Source: Blasia pusilla
Taxonomy: Eukaryota
Direction: 5' to 3'
NCBI GenBank assembly: GCA_050084515.1
Contig: CM114271.1
Location: forward strand, 35,464,001-35,528,000
Length of the DNA stretch: 64,000 nt
Positions 36,931 through 49,994 of this stretch are shown here, one piece after another. The notes beneath the pieces are model-generated. The model was given only the letters and a program-made list of their open reading frames with translations, had not been told where the DNA came from and did no database searches. Each line of letters starts with the position of its first letter. The first letter of the stretch is position 1. The position numbers and the translations under genes were made by a program.

Positions 36931-38869
36931 AATACTCCATGTAAAATTCCCTTATCTGTGCTGATCTTAATATGACACGATAGGCTGAGCTGGTGATGGC
37001 ACATGTTGTAGTGATGGATCTTACCGGGAAGGCTGTGTAAGCCCAAGTGGTAGCACAAGGGAGATTGCTATAAGGAGCTGCGGCAGTGAAGAGGACCCAT
37101 CTCTATAGTCAACTTCACAATGGACATCAATTCGTCCCCCTAGCCATAGAAATGTATTATCGTGCGCCTACTCCTTTTGAACATCAATCTTTAGTGTTTC
37201 GGAAGCGTACGTTCAATAGGACATGCTCTCACTATTGATTTGCACCCAAACACACTCATGTTAGTCAAGTGTGGATCAATTAGCCTTCCAACTCACCGAG
37301 TTTTCAACTCGGCACCTCATGAAGCTCAACCTTCATAGTTCCTCACTTCTCAATACGTGCAAGTCTTCCAAGACTTGGGACATAATTTTTGGTTAGTCCA
37401 CGCACGTAAGACGACGTTCACACGCATATAGCTAGCTGTTCAATGGACCTTGCATGAGCCCCAAATCGAGACCCAACCAAATGAGTTGCGGGTTAGAATC
37501 CATTAAGTATCTCCAAAATCCACTCTATTGGATTTGGTTTGGGTTTCGAATCCCAACATGAAACTTCCCATCCATTTTGTGCCCTTGAGTCGCCCCGCGG
37601 CTCTACAAAGTGGGGTTCGAGTTCCAAGCACTCTTGGATACCTTCCCCCTTACTAGTTCTTCTTGCGTTCTCCGCCCTCCCCCTAACTTTAGGGAAGAGA
37701 TCTTTGGGCCCCTCTTCTTGGCCCTCAACTCAACTCCATATATAGTTATTTTTGGGAAATTTTGCAGCCTTTGCTTATGTGTTTGCTGAGATCTTCAAGG
37801 CATTGGAAGTGGCTTTGCATAAGCTTTCAAATGCTACCTTAATTATACCAAATGCATCTTGGAACTAAAATTTATGGTCCAAAATACAGTTGAGATCCCA
37901 AATGCTAATCGCGTTCCAAATTTGGTTCTCAACTCTTTGGAAACCCCTCTTCCTAGACTAGACTCCTCTCAAGTCTTTGTTCAATTTGGTTAAGGTTTCC
38001 TAGTCGCGACTATAAATGCATGAAATGCTTAACGATGTTTGCGTCTCATCTCTTGTGTCTCTTCTAAGAGACCTCTCCAACGTGCAAACCATCACAACAT
38101 AAGCCCGCTAGAGTTCTGATGTTCTGCTTCACGCTCATTTTGTTATGATAGTCGCGACACTCATCCCTCTTTAGAGATTGATGCCCTCATAAAAGAAAAC
38201 CTTTGAATGTCAAGTCTATTTGGGAAGCCGAACCCTTGACATCGAATTGCGTTTTGATAGCCGACCCGTAATTCCTCGTTTGGCTTAAGTCTTAAGTTGT
38301 CGCATGTAGCATCTCCTCTTCGATAAGCCTAGATCAATTCCTCAAAACTAACCTAACCTATCAGAAAAGCTAATTAATTCTGCTGCCTAAGAGTTCTCTT
38401 GCTCACAATATGTAAACATCCTACCTATTTACACAGTACACAAGTGATACTACTTTTGGGTCGCTCTTGTATTTGACTTAGGCGCGTCACTAAGTTCACT
38501 CATGTTATCACAAATAAGATCAACCCAAGCCTCAAGACACAATGATCTACTCCGTTGACACTAGGGTGAGCCCAAGTGTTAGTCACCCTACACTTGGTCT
38601 TGTTCTACGTGCTTATCCAAGTACAAGCTCTCACCTGAAATACTCCTTGTCTCTCCTCTTGACTTACCTCCTAAGTATAGGAGGAACTATACATTGCCAT
38701 GCACTACCACATATAAATTGCAATTAACCACAAGCATCGAATCTCCAAATCCATGCATTCCTTTATTGCAACACTAGCATATTCTAGTTATAATGATCTT
38801 TGCCCCAAGCTTCTCATGGTCACAAGTCATGTCCCTAACTACTCTGTATACTAACGGATGTGCTTTTCT

Positions 38870-39030
38870 TGCATACGTTTGAAGTCTTGCAGCACCTCTT
38901 GCGCGGGTTCGAAATCTGCCTTTGTAATCCAAGTTATCTCTTTCACATGGTAACCCTTCCACTTTACCAAGCACTCGTATTTGTTGGCCCTACGACTTGA
39001 ACGCAAGATGGTCTAGCTGCACTTTGAACT
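38870..39030 (-). pseudogene. Chromodomain at the integrase C-terminus
   Basis: ..ECLVKWKGYHVKEITWITKADFEPAQEVLQDF read from the minus strand. Confidence 0.8.
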
Positions 39031-40228
39031 TCGGTTCTTTGTTGACGATCACCAATTATGGTCTCAATATCTATCTCCGCTCGGGACGGACATTATCCAA
39101 AAGACACTTCTTCAATAATGACATATGGAAAGTCGGATGAATCTTGAACCCTTCTGGCAACTCTAATGTATACACATCCTCAAACGGTTTTGCCTTGATC
39201 ATAGACAGTCCAACATACTTGGCAGAGAGCTTTGCGGATAACTCCTTCGGAAGAGTGAGATTCTTCACACTCAACCACACTTGCTCCCCTACTTGGAATC
39301 TCACTTGGCGTCGACTCTTGTTAGCATGCTTAACGTACCTTAGTTGAGCCTCCCGCCTTCTTGCCCAGTGTTCTCATTCTTGCATCTCCACTAACAAAAT
39401 TTTTGCCGTTGCTTGTCAGGTTTGTGTTGATGTAGTACTCTTCGAAAGGGCCAAGTCAAGAGGCCCTTTTGGCTAACGTCCATATACCAAAAGAAACGGA
39501 GATTCTTCAATTGTGGAGTGCTTGGTTGCATTGGAGCAATACTTACCCATATTTAGAAATTTCGCCCAATCTCGCTCATATACGCTCACGTAATTCCTTA
39601 AGTATTGATTCATGGTCAAGTTTACCTTTTCCATTTATACATCTGTTTGGGGATGGAAGGCGGTGCTAAAACTTAGCTTGCTCCTAAAACTCACGCATAA
39701 GTGCTTCCTAAAGGCAATGATAAAATTTGGATCCCGATCTGAAACAATACTCCTAGGCAACCCATGAGCTCACCACTAGCTATCCACGAACAGTTGAGAA
39801 ATCGCATAGGCCATCGTGGAATCCATGGTCAGTACAAATCTCCCCAACTTGCTGAACCGATCAACTATCACAAGTCTAGCGTTGTATCCACCAGAATGTG
39901 GAAGACTCGTAATAAAATCCATTCTCACACTTTGCAAGGAACCTTCTCGAATCGGCAAAGGGTGAAGCAAGCCTTGTTTCTTTTCATAAGAAACTCTATT
40001 CACTTGGCAGGTCACACATGTCTTCACATATTGAGCAACATCCTATTTCATGTTGGGCCAGAAGAACCTCTTAGTCAAAATAGCATGGGTGGATTTCTCC
40101 CCTTCATGTCATGCCAAGGGGTCCGTCATGACATTATACTAATACTTTAGTCCGCAACTTGCCTTCGCGAACATAGATCCTGCTTAAACCTTAGCAAGAA
40201 ATGCCTCAAACTTGTGTTGGTCATCTTA

Positions 40229-41249
40229 TGTCGCGACCCTTATAACCAAATGAGCGCCAAGCGGAAAATCCGAACTCTAGCGGACTCACGCTAGGATGGT
40301 TTGGGCGTGGGAGTGGTCTCTTGGAAGTGACTCAAGAGACACAAGAATTGAGACGCGAACAAGGTTGAGAGTTTCACACATTTGTGGTTGCAACTAGGAA
40401 ACCTAAACCAAATGTGAACCAAGACTTGAGAGGAGTCGAGTCTAGAAAGGTTGGTTGCCAAAGAGGTGAACGAGATTTGGAACGTGACGGGCTATAGCGT
40501 TTGGGGATTTTCTTGTATTTTGGAGTATAACTTTTAGAACCAAGATGCATTTGGGACAAATAAGGTAGCGTTGGAAAGCTTATGCAAAGCCAATTACAAT
40601 GCACCAAAGATCTTAGCAAACGCACAAGCAGAGGTTGAGAAAATGGTTGAAAACAAACGTATAGGGAGTTAGGTTGAGAGCCAAAAAGAGGGGCCTGAAT
40701 GTCTCTTCCCCAAAGGTAGGGGAAGGGTGGAAATTCCCAGAAGTACTAGCAAGGGGGAGGTCATAAAGAGAGTTTGGGATTTTAACCCCACTTTGGAGTG
40801 CCGCGGGGTGGCCCAAGGGCGCGGAATGGATCGGGAGTTTTGACGTTGGGATTCAAAACCCGAACCAAGTCCAATAGAGTGGATTTCAGAGGTCCCAGTT
40901 GGATTCCAATCGATGATTCATTTAGTTGGGTCTCGGTTTGGGAAATCATGCAACGTCCATAAGACAATTGGGATCGTTAGGCATGCGAACGTCATTTTAG
41001 GTGCGTGGACTAACCAGAAAGTCTGTCCGAAGTCTCGAAAGACTTGCCCATGTTGGGAAGCTAGGAATAAGAGAAGTTTGAGCTTGATGAGGTGCTAAGT
41101 TGAGAACTCAGTGGGTTGGAAGGCGGATTGACCTAGACCAAACTAACATGAGTGATTTTGGGTGTAGATCAACAATGAGAGCGTGTCCTACTGAACGTAC
41201 GCTTCCGCAACACTAAAGATTGACGTTAAAGAGGAGTAGGGGCACGACA
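40229..41249 (+). mobile_element. Solo LTR of the same chromovirus family, inverted, nested in pol
   Basis: TGTCGCGAC...GCACGACA is a diverged reverse complement of the flanking LTRs; TSD TCTTA/CCTTA (1 mismatch). Confidence 0.88.
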
Positions 41250-42974
41250 CCTTAAGCTTCTCATCCAACTTCAACTTCCTTAGGTACTTGTTCACTTGGG
41301 TGTCCTTCATGTATCCTTTACAAACTCCAGATTTGTTTCTTTAGGGAACATTTCTCTCAAGACTTGTGTCGTCGATGACATGTACTCATCCTTGCAACTC
41401 CATGCATACGGAATGACATTATCTTTCCTTGGCTTGTGGACTAGTTCCACATTCATCAACACCAAAGTATCATGCCATTGTAGTTGTTTCGGTGTCACTC
41501 AATCTTGGGTTTCAAAATACTTGAGTGATACATTATTGGTGAACATTCGAGTCCTATGTAGTCCCAAATAAAGACGTCACTTCCTCAAGCAATGGACCAC
41601 CGCGAACAACTCTTTTCCACGAGTGAGCCATCTCTATTCGGTATTGCTAAGTTTCTTGCTCTCGTATACTATATGTCTTTGTTCCTGCACCAACATTCTT
41701 GTAATCTCAAAAACACTAGAATCAGTATGCACCTCGAACTGTTTGTCGAACTCCGGAAGCTTCAACACTAGCTCCAACGATAGGATCTCCTTGACTCGGT
41801 TGAATGCCTCATTCACTTCTTATGTCCACGTTGTGTTAGAAAACTTTGCTGTCTAATCTGTGAGAGGTTTTACTATTGTTGAAAATTTTCTCACGTAAGT
41901 CCGGTAAAATTGAACCGCTTTGATGAACCTTCTCATTTCCTTCACTGTAGAAGGCCGTATCCACTTGGAAGTCGCTTTCACACTTTATCCATATCCGCAC
42001 TTACTCCATCTACGCTAACCACATATCCCAAGAACTTGATCTTGCTCAACCCAAATTTGCTCTTCTCCACATTCACATATAGCTTGTTCCACCTAAGTTT
42101 TGACAACACCGCTCTCAAATGTCGAGCGTGCTCCTCTAGTGATATCTTATTGATCTATGTGTCATCAATGTAGATGATCACATACTCATCCGTCTCTTGA
42201 TGAAAGATTGATTTCATCAATGTGGTGAACGTCAGAGGCGCATTACGCACACCAAGGGGCATTACTACAAACTTGAACGAGCCATATCTCGTCCTAAACG
42301 CACTCTAGCTTCTCCACATCTACTTCAGTTATCCAAATGTGGTAATATCATGACTTCAAGTCAATCCTACTGAAGTACTTAGCCCTTGACGATCTATCGA
42401 AGAGATCATCGATTGTCGAAAGAGGGTAATTCTTCCTCATTGTCACTTTATTCTACGCAAGGTAATCAACGTAGAATCTCGACTTCGCATCCTTCTTCTT
42501 CACAAAGAGAACGGGCACTCCGTAAGATGACTTGCTAGTTCTAATGTAACCCTTTTCTAAGAGCTCATATAACTACTTTTTCAACACAACAAGTTCCTCC
42601 TCATTCAATCTATATGGAGCCTTTGAAGGCAGTTGAGACCCGAGTATGACCTCTATCTTATGATCGATTGCCCTATATGATGGCAACTCATGAGGAAGCT
42701 CATTTGTCAAGACCTCATCAAATTTGTTTACTACTCTCCTAAGCAATTATGGGATTTGGGTCTGGGTATGCACGTTTCTCGCTTGTAGCCTTCTCTACTT
42801 GTCTCATCAAGGAGAGAAACCCATCTTCTAACTCGGTCAAAATCCTCCTTGTGTTCACCAACTCCTTTTTCAAGGAACCTCACGAACCAACCTTACCTAC
42901 AAGCATTTGTGTTTGACTAAGACGCTCAACCTCAATGGTCTTTGCCTAAGCTCCACCTCATATGCATCCAAGAA

Positions 42975-43198
42975 TGTTTGTTCAAGCAAAAAAAGATCAG
43001 GTGGAGAATTTGGTCACATAGATCTTGTATTTTGCTTTAATTTGTTGGTTGCTTTGCACAAATTTATAATGGAAAAGGTTTTTTTGGTTTAAAGATTATT
43101 GAAGAAATTTTTGGTCATAAATTTGGAGATTTTTCTTCTACATGGAAAACCTCTTCCTTGGGTAAGAGAGCTTTGCCCTCGAAAACCAAGATCAAAAG
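42975..43198 (+). pseudogene. rps19: NUMT: mitochondrial rps19 fragment
   Basis: CLFKQKKIRWRIWSHRSCILL*FVGCFAQIYNGKGFFGLKIIEEIFGHKFGDFSSTWKTSSLGKRALPSKTKIK has S19 motifs (IWSRRS, YNGK, GHKFGEF) with an in-frame stop. Confidence 0.9.
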
Positions 43199-43213
43199 GT
43201 ATGATAGTAAACC

Positions 43214-43470
43214 ATGGCACAAAAAGTCAATCCAATTTTAGTCAGACTCAATCTGAATCGTAGTCCAGATTCCACCTGGTTTAGTGATTATTACTGTGGA
43301 AATTTTTTGTATAAAGATTTACATTTTAGAGATTATTTTGGTTCAATACCTCCACCTACTGGAAACACATTTAGATTTTGTCTCAGTAGGTGTATTATTC
43401 ATCATTTTCCTAAAAAGGCATTCATTCATGTATTTTTTGTAGATTGACTTAGACGATCAAGACATCCAAG
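43214..43470 (+). pseudogene. rps3: NUMT: mitochondrial rps3 5' fragment
   Basis: [56 protein letters not shown] is the plant mitochondrial S3 N-terminus; it lies directly after rps19, as in the native cluster. Confidence 0.92.
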
Positions 43471-44589
43471 ACTCCATCAATGCCATCCATCTCGCACACA
43501 ATGAAATTCTCCTTCACCTCGATTACTCCACATCCAAAGGTTAGTCCCAAAACTAACTCTCAAGTTCAGTGAGAATTGCTTGTGACAAAGCCTGCCCAAA
43601 TGGGTTCGTCCGCCATAGTAGTCAACAAACCCAACTCCTTTAAGATTCTTGAACTGAGGAAGGAATGCAAAGCACCAGTATCAAAGAGCAACATCACATC
43701 ATGATCAGTGATCTTGGATCTTAGGTACACAAGACTGGGCGTCCTCTTGGTGACTTGAATGGATGTTTCCACACCTCTCGCCAATACGCGCCTAGCAGCC
43801 AACGCAGTCATACTCCAGTTACTAACCTTGGGCTTCAAGCACACCTTAGCCATGTGCCTATGTTCACCATACTTGTAGAAAATCACTTTGGCATTCCGTG
43901 ACTTCGGATGGTGCGCTCCCTTCGGCTTCGCGTTGAGTTCCACTTATTTGTCTATCTAGATAAGGGACTCTCCTTGATCTCGCTCATCCCACTCCAGGCC
44001 CTTTTGGATGCCTCCTTGTTTTTTGACATCTTCAAAAAAACTTTTTTCTTGAAGGGTTTTTGGACTTGGACCTCATTTTCTCCTATCCGCTCCACCAACT
44101 TCAACAGTTCCTCGCACGTTTTCGGTACTTGTGTCATTTTGAAGAGGGCATTTTCTGCACTTGGCTTAAGTCCACTAAAGAAGATGACCTTCTTTGCAAA
44201 CTCATCCATCTTAGGTAGTGAGTTCATTGTCGCACAAAACTACTCCCGCACATAAGCGCTTAGGGATCCACTCTTTCGCACATGCATAAACCCTACACCA
44301 TCTTAGAACTCTTGGTACTCTAAGTGAGTCGGTCGCTAATCAACACCTTGAACTCCTCCCAACTCAGAGATGATCCATGAGCCAGACGTTCTTTTCGATG
44401 AGCCATCCACCACTGCAGTGCATGATCCTTGAGGAACGTGACCGCCATAGTCAACTTGTCTTCCTCCTCAGCCATTTGCACCTCAAAGTATAGTTCCAGC
44501 TTCGTAAGGAACTGGTTCACTTTCCTCGACCGCCCCATCCTCGTGAATGGTATTGGCAAATTTTTCTTGCATAGCTTCTTGCCGGAACT

Positions 44590-45012
44590 TCTTGGGTTAC
44601 ACACACAAGCAAGGAGGACCATAGCTCCTCCGCCTCATGCCCAGAGGTTCAACAAAGAGAGAATGAACTCTAGAGCTCTCTCTCTCTCTCTTGGAGGTAT
44701 ACCCCCTTCCCTCTCCCAAGCTCTCTCCACGGTAACTTGTGCTCGTAGGTCACCTCCTTGGCTTTTGACCTGATGTAGCGGGTCAAGGGCCACTTAACAA
44801 AGTAAAAAGTCAATTATATTCAAAATGGGAACTTTCCAGAAACAAGAAGTCTCTCTATGTGGTTCCAAATGAGCTGCAACAAAGGGGAAACCTGCTCTCT
44901 CAAGTTACCCGTGGCCTCCGTATGTCATCCTCGACCTCCTTATGATGTCCTCCACTACCCGCTCGAAGGCTCTCTATGAGATCTTTGTTGATCTATCCTA
45001 ATAGACGTGATA
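44590..45012 (-). mobile_element. Partial LTR of the PHD gypsy lineage inserted next to the chromovirus PBS
   Basis: Reverse-complement similarity to ~33438-33820; the element end lies 5 nt from the PBS. Confidence 0.85.
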
Positions 45013-47000
45013 GATTAGCTGTGATACCATATGTCGTGCGCCTACTCCCATTTAACATCAATCTTTAGTGTTGTTGAAGCGTACATCCAGTAGGATACAC
45101 TCTCACTGCTCATCAACACCCAAACACATTCACGTTTGTGTGATCTGGATCAATTAGCCTTCCAATTTACCAAGTTTTCAACTCGACACTTCATCAAGCT
45201 CAACCTTCTTACTTCCTCACTTCCCAACACCAACAAATCTTCCTAGACTTGGGACATACGTTCTGGTTAGTCCATACACCTAAAATGGCATTGTCACAGC
45301 TAGGTGTACCACATGTCCAATGAAACTCGCATGAGCCCCAAACAGAGACCCCTGAAATAAGTCGCTGATTGGAATCCAATAGGGACCTCCAAAATCTACT
45401 ATGTTGGATTTGGTTCGGGTTTTGAATTCCAAGGTCAAACTTTCGATCCATTCCGTGCCCTTGGGTCGTTCTATGTCGCCCCAAAGTGGGGTTTGAGTCT
45501 CAAGCACTCTTGGAGATCTTCCCCCTTACTAGTACTTCTAGGGTTCTCTGCCCTCCCCCTAAATTTTGGGAAGATACCTTCGGGCTTTTTTTTTGGCCCT
45601 CAACCCAACTCTCCGTACTGTTGTTTCCGAGAAGTTTCTCAGCCTCTACTTGTGCATTTGCTGAGATCTTTGGTGCGTTAGAACTAATTTTGCATAAGCT
45701 TTCAATGCCCTATTTTTTGTCCCAAACTCATCTTGGGACTTAAATTTATGGTCCAAAATACAGTCAAAACCCCAAACGTTAGTCATGTTCGAAATCTGAT
45801 TCTCACCTCCTTGGCAACAGTTCTTCTTAGACTCAACTCCTCTCAAGTCTTGGTTCACGTTTGGTTCAGGTTTCCTAGTCGCGACCATAAATGCATGAAT
45901 TGCTCAACTGTGTTTGGGTCTCATTCCTTATGTCTCTTGCGTCTCCTCCAAGAGACCTCTCCAACGCGCAAACCATCCTAGCGTGAACCCGCTAGAGTTT
46001 TGAGGTTCTCCTTGGCGCTCGTTTGGTTATGAGGGTTGCAACATGTATGGGGCTAAATGGGAGAGGTTTGACTCGTTCCTTACAAATTGCGCCCATCATC
46101 TCCAGTCGAGAAATGGGTTGTCATTAGCTATTTGGTTTCTCTATTGTAGGCAACGGGTCTCCCTAGCTTTGGAGCGTGCCCAAACCAATGGGCTTTGTGA
46201 CGGGCTCAGGCTATGGGAGACGTCAACCCTAGAGGTCCACTTTGTGGTAATCATGTCTCTCTAAATGTTATTGATATTATCTATGCTTTTGGTGAATTTA
46301 GCCGATAAGAAATGCCCCATTTCCGAACCGGTTGTGGCCTTCACTAACTCAACTCATTAGACTCATTAGAGGGTGTCAAAGATCTCCCTATCCGGGAATT
46401 CTTGGTCACCCGGACTTGCCCCACTCCAAAACGGGTAGCTTCCCATTATAAATTCCCCCTCCAAAACGGATAGCTTCCCATTATAAATTCCCCCGCTCCT
46501 CTCCGGTTTCTAATCATAAATACATGGGTGCGTGGTTCCAAGGTCTAGAGTCCGGCAATTCCGTATGGGCTAATCTATTGAGACTTTTTTTAAATTCGGG
46601 ATGCTTTTTATTAGTCGTCGTTTCACCTCTTTCCGCCGGTTCGGTGCCGTCGAAGATCCCCTTTCCTTGAGATAAGAGTTTGTGCCCTCTCGAATCCACA
46701 GAGCTCTCGAAACCCCACGAGCCACAGGTTCCCGTTCGCGAAGCTCAAGAAGCATCGAAAGCACGAGAAACGAGAAGGGAGGGGATGTCGAGTGAACCCA
46801 TCGAAAGTTCAGGGGGACGATTCGGATGCCTCTTTCTGCTGCACTCTCGTCTTGCGTCACCACACACATCGGATTCGGAGCTCTGGGGCATCGCCGGTCC
46901 AGAAGCGGATTCGAAATGACCTGAAGAGTGGCGAAATCCGGGGGCTTCGGCCCATGGGAGAAGGTGCAAGACCGCCATCGCCATCGCCATCGCCATCGCC

Positions 47001-47563
47001 ATGACGGATCCGAAGGCCGCCTGCGGAGCGATTTCTCCAGGGCTCCGTTCGAAGCTGCCGAATTTCTTCCCTGGGAGTCGCAGCGCTGGATTCTCCCGCT
47101 CCCGAACAGCAGCCCACAGCACTTCTGCTGCTCTGAGCCCTTCTCCTGCCGCACAGCCCCCATGGGGAGCCACGGTTCTGGGCTTGCAACTGCGAGGACT
47201 GCAGTGGAGGAACGAAGCGAATCGTCAAGCCATCGTTGCGAGGAGCGAGGAGTTCGGAAGGGGAGAAGAAGGGCGTTTTGCGAGTGGAGTTCCGCTGCCT
47301 TCGAATGCGCAGTCGGAGTGTTCGGTGGTGGGCAGAAACTTGAGGAATCTGTCTGCCTACATCGCGGAAGCGAGTCCGTCTGATTCTTCAGATTCGGGGC
47401 CAGTTCCAGTGGATCTGCTGCAGGAAATCAGAGGCACTGCCAGAAGCTTCCAGGACCGCGCAGAAACATTGAAGGAGGCGGTGGTTTCGATCGACTACGA
47501 AGTGAAACCCACTCCTTACACGCCAATCGAAGGCGATGACGCCGTTCAGTTTGCTCTCGTCTG
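47001..47563 (+). CDS. Unknown probable plastid-targeted membrane protein, exon 1
   Basis: ATG after (GCCATC)n; Ser/Arg/Ala-rich N-terminus; 188-aa ORF ending at phase-2 donor TG|GTGAG (47564). Confidence 0.65.
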
Positions 47564-47808
47564 GTGAGCCTTTCGACCCCTTCTCTTCTTCCTTTCGTGC
47601 GACTAGCTAATCGTGCGATGGACTCCTGCCCGCCCTTTCGATTTCTGGGTTCACTGCCTGCTTTTCTGAGCGAATTGGCCTGTCAACTTCGATCTCCGTC
47701 TTTAGATCTGCCACTGCCACCAGTCGATCCAGTTCGGAAGATGAGGGCAGGACGATTGTGTAGAAAATGTTGGATGAAGTTCTCAGCCAGTCGGATCGTG
47801 TGATGCAG

Positions 47809-48094
47809 CATAGCCCTTTTCCTGGCCTTCTGGGTGGGCAACTATCTTGCCCCAGACTTGATATTTCGGAACACTGTATTCAAGAAGGAGGAGGCAGACG
47901 AATTTTCCACTCCTGCCAGTGGCACTCTTCCGAAAGGGAATGAGCAGGCGGTGAGCAATCTGCAAAGTCGTCAACTGAATTCTGAGTCCAGCGAGACCGA
48001 CACAGCTCCCGGCCAGAATTCGACAGATATGAAGGCGGGTGTGGGCTTCGGTCGAGGAAGTGCATCTTCCCAGAAGAGTTCCGAAAGAAGGTGA
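47809..48094 (+). CDS. Unknown probable plastid-targeted membrane protein, exon 2
   Basis: Acceptor tgcAG at 47807-08 joins in frame to give AVQFALVCIALFLAFWVGNYLAPDLIF (hydrophobic helix), then a polar tail ending GVGFGRGSASSQKSSERR*; 282 aa total. Confidence 0.62.
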
Positions 48095-48280
48095 TGCTGC
48101 CTGATCGGATTGATGTTGCACTGGATAACATGGGGTTCCCAGCTTTCGGCAGATTTCGACAGATGGGGAGGCGGGGGTGGGCTTCGGTCGAGGAAGTGCA
48201 TCTTCCCAGGAGAGTTCCGAAAGAAGGTGATGCTGCCTTATCGGATCGATGTGGACTGGATAACATCGGATTCCTAGCGA
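48016..48280. repeat. Tandem duplication (~135 bp) of the stop-codon region
   Basis: gtgggcttcggtcgaggaagtgcatcttcccag.agagttccgaaagaaggtgatgctgcct occurs at ~48041 and ~48177. Confidence 0.92.
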
Positions 48281-49994
48281 TTCGGAGCTCGCAGGGGCTT
48301 GGGAGATTGGACTTCCTTCGAATGAGGAAGTAGTCCGTCAAAGAGAGCTTCGGGAAAGCTGGTGGTCACTAGATCATTCGTGGATTTCGCAGGGAGTATT
48401 CGTGACCGTATGAAACCGAAGCTCTGCTCACACCTTTGTGCTCCCTAGGGTTTGACAACCACAGCAGTCCACATGTTTTGGAGTTATGGTCGGATTACAC
48501 TCCAAGTTCATGTGAAGATTAAATGGGAGTAGGCCACTTGAAGATCAGAGCTCCTCGTCGACCCTTGAACGACTTCAATCTCGTCTTGTCTTGTTGGGTC
48601 TCGTTTCCTCGAAGGGTTTGAAGCGATTCATGTCAGCTTCTTGTTTCCGCTTGTGACATTTTCCCTCAATATTATGAGAGATCCCAACTGGGAAATCTGA
48701 ACTGTTTTCGCATCGACTCTGTAGGGTTACCACCCTTACTACCCAGTGATGAAGCTGTGCTATTACGCTTTAGTCTACAGCTCAAAGGAACCCTCGAGCT
48801 CTTCTTGTCAATCTCTTTCATATCACAGCCCTAGATTTGCAAGTTTCGTTTTCTCTTTTTCTTTTCCGAGGCACGAAGGTTCGGAGACACCTCTACTTTC
48901 CCGAGAGAAACAACACACCGCGAATACAGTTGTTTCAAGATCAATTTCGGCTACGCAAGCTGTGGCACACCAGCACAAAGTGCACTTCTGCTGTCCTCCT
49001 GATGATGAGGGAACTTGGAGACCGTGATCAAAGCAAGAAGAGCCTGACTATCCTTCTCGAGTGCTTCTAATGATGGGTATGCGAGTCCAGCCTGCAGATG
49101 CAAACCGTGTAGAAACAGATATGGGGTCCAGTTCGAAACTCGCCTCTGCCGCCTATCGAAGTGAAAACTGGCTGATTCAGAAAACACAGGTACTTCACAC
49201 GCATGTGGATTCTCATGCCCACAAAGCTGGGAGGTGACGAAGTGATGTACACCCACAAAAACCTCGATGAGTTTGAGGTTGTGCACTTCCAGTATCCTGC
49301 AACTTGAAACGCTCCAAACGAGTGGTGGTTTCTTGGTTCGTTTCTCCTTGATTAACCGGAGTGGGTGGTCGAATCCACGGGCCAGAAATTTGAGGGTACC
49401 TCATCCGAATCCCAGAATGGCTACGGTTCGTCAACCTCCACTTCTCTCCCATCTCCAAGATGATCTAGCCCCCTCGAGTTTCGTGCTGGGGACGGGGTTG
49501 GACACTAAGAATCCTCTCCCTTCCGCTGCCCAATCTGCAGTCGAAATTCGTGCAAGACACTGATACCCTCCACCCGAAGCCCTTTCGACATCTACATCCG
49601 TAGTCGACTACCTCCAGATCAATACGCCCATCCGAATTTCGATCGAACGACATCCGCATCTTCTTCGAATCCAGCGACCGGACTTCTTTCCTTGGATCAA
49701 CAATCACTTCAGACCACAGAAAAGAAAAGAAAACAAAAGAATCAGCTCAAACCCTCGAGAAGCTCGATCCTTGGATTGAATCGATGTTCGAGAGCCATGC
49801 TGCCTACCACTGGTGCTTCCCAAGAAAAGTGGATCGCTACTCTTCAGCTGCAAGTTCCTGTTTCAGAAGGAGGCATTAGCACTGACACGATCGTCATTGT
49901 TGGACAGGTCTTTCCTTCCTTCATTGTTGGACCACTCATTGCTATGGCAGCTTGTTTCCATGGCAACCCTAAGCACTCTCCCATAATATTATAG

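Larger units (their letters stand above)
37158..46043 (-). mobile_element. Ty3/gypsy chromovirus LTR retrotransposon, degenerate, TSD TGTAT
   Basis: Direct ~1-kb LTRs 37158-38159 and 45032-46043; TGTAT at 37153-57 and 46044-48; PBS TGGTATCACAGC (45029-45018); gag (FLKDHALQWW), protease (LLFDTGA), RT YIDD 42172-42161, RNase H (FEVHTDSS), integrase (MDFITSLP..VIVDRFSK), GPY/F-like motif, chromodomain ECLVKWKGYHVKEITWI. Confidence 0.95.

Noticed and set aside
43214-43447. Functional nuclear-transferred rps3
   Set aside because: Truncated, no targeting peptide, the adjacent rps19 has a stop, and it is embedded in a TE.
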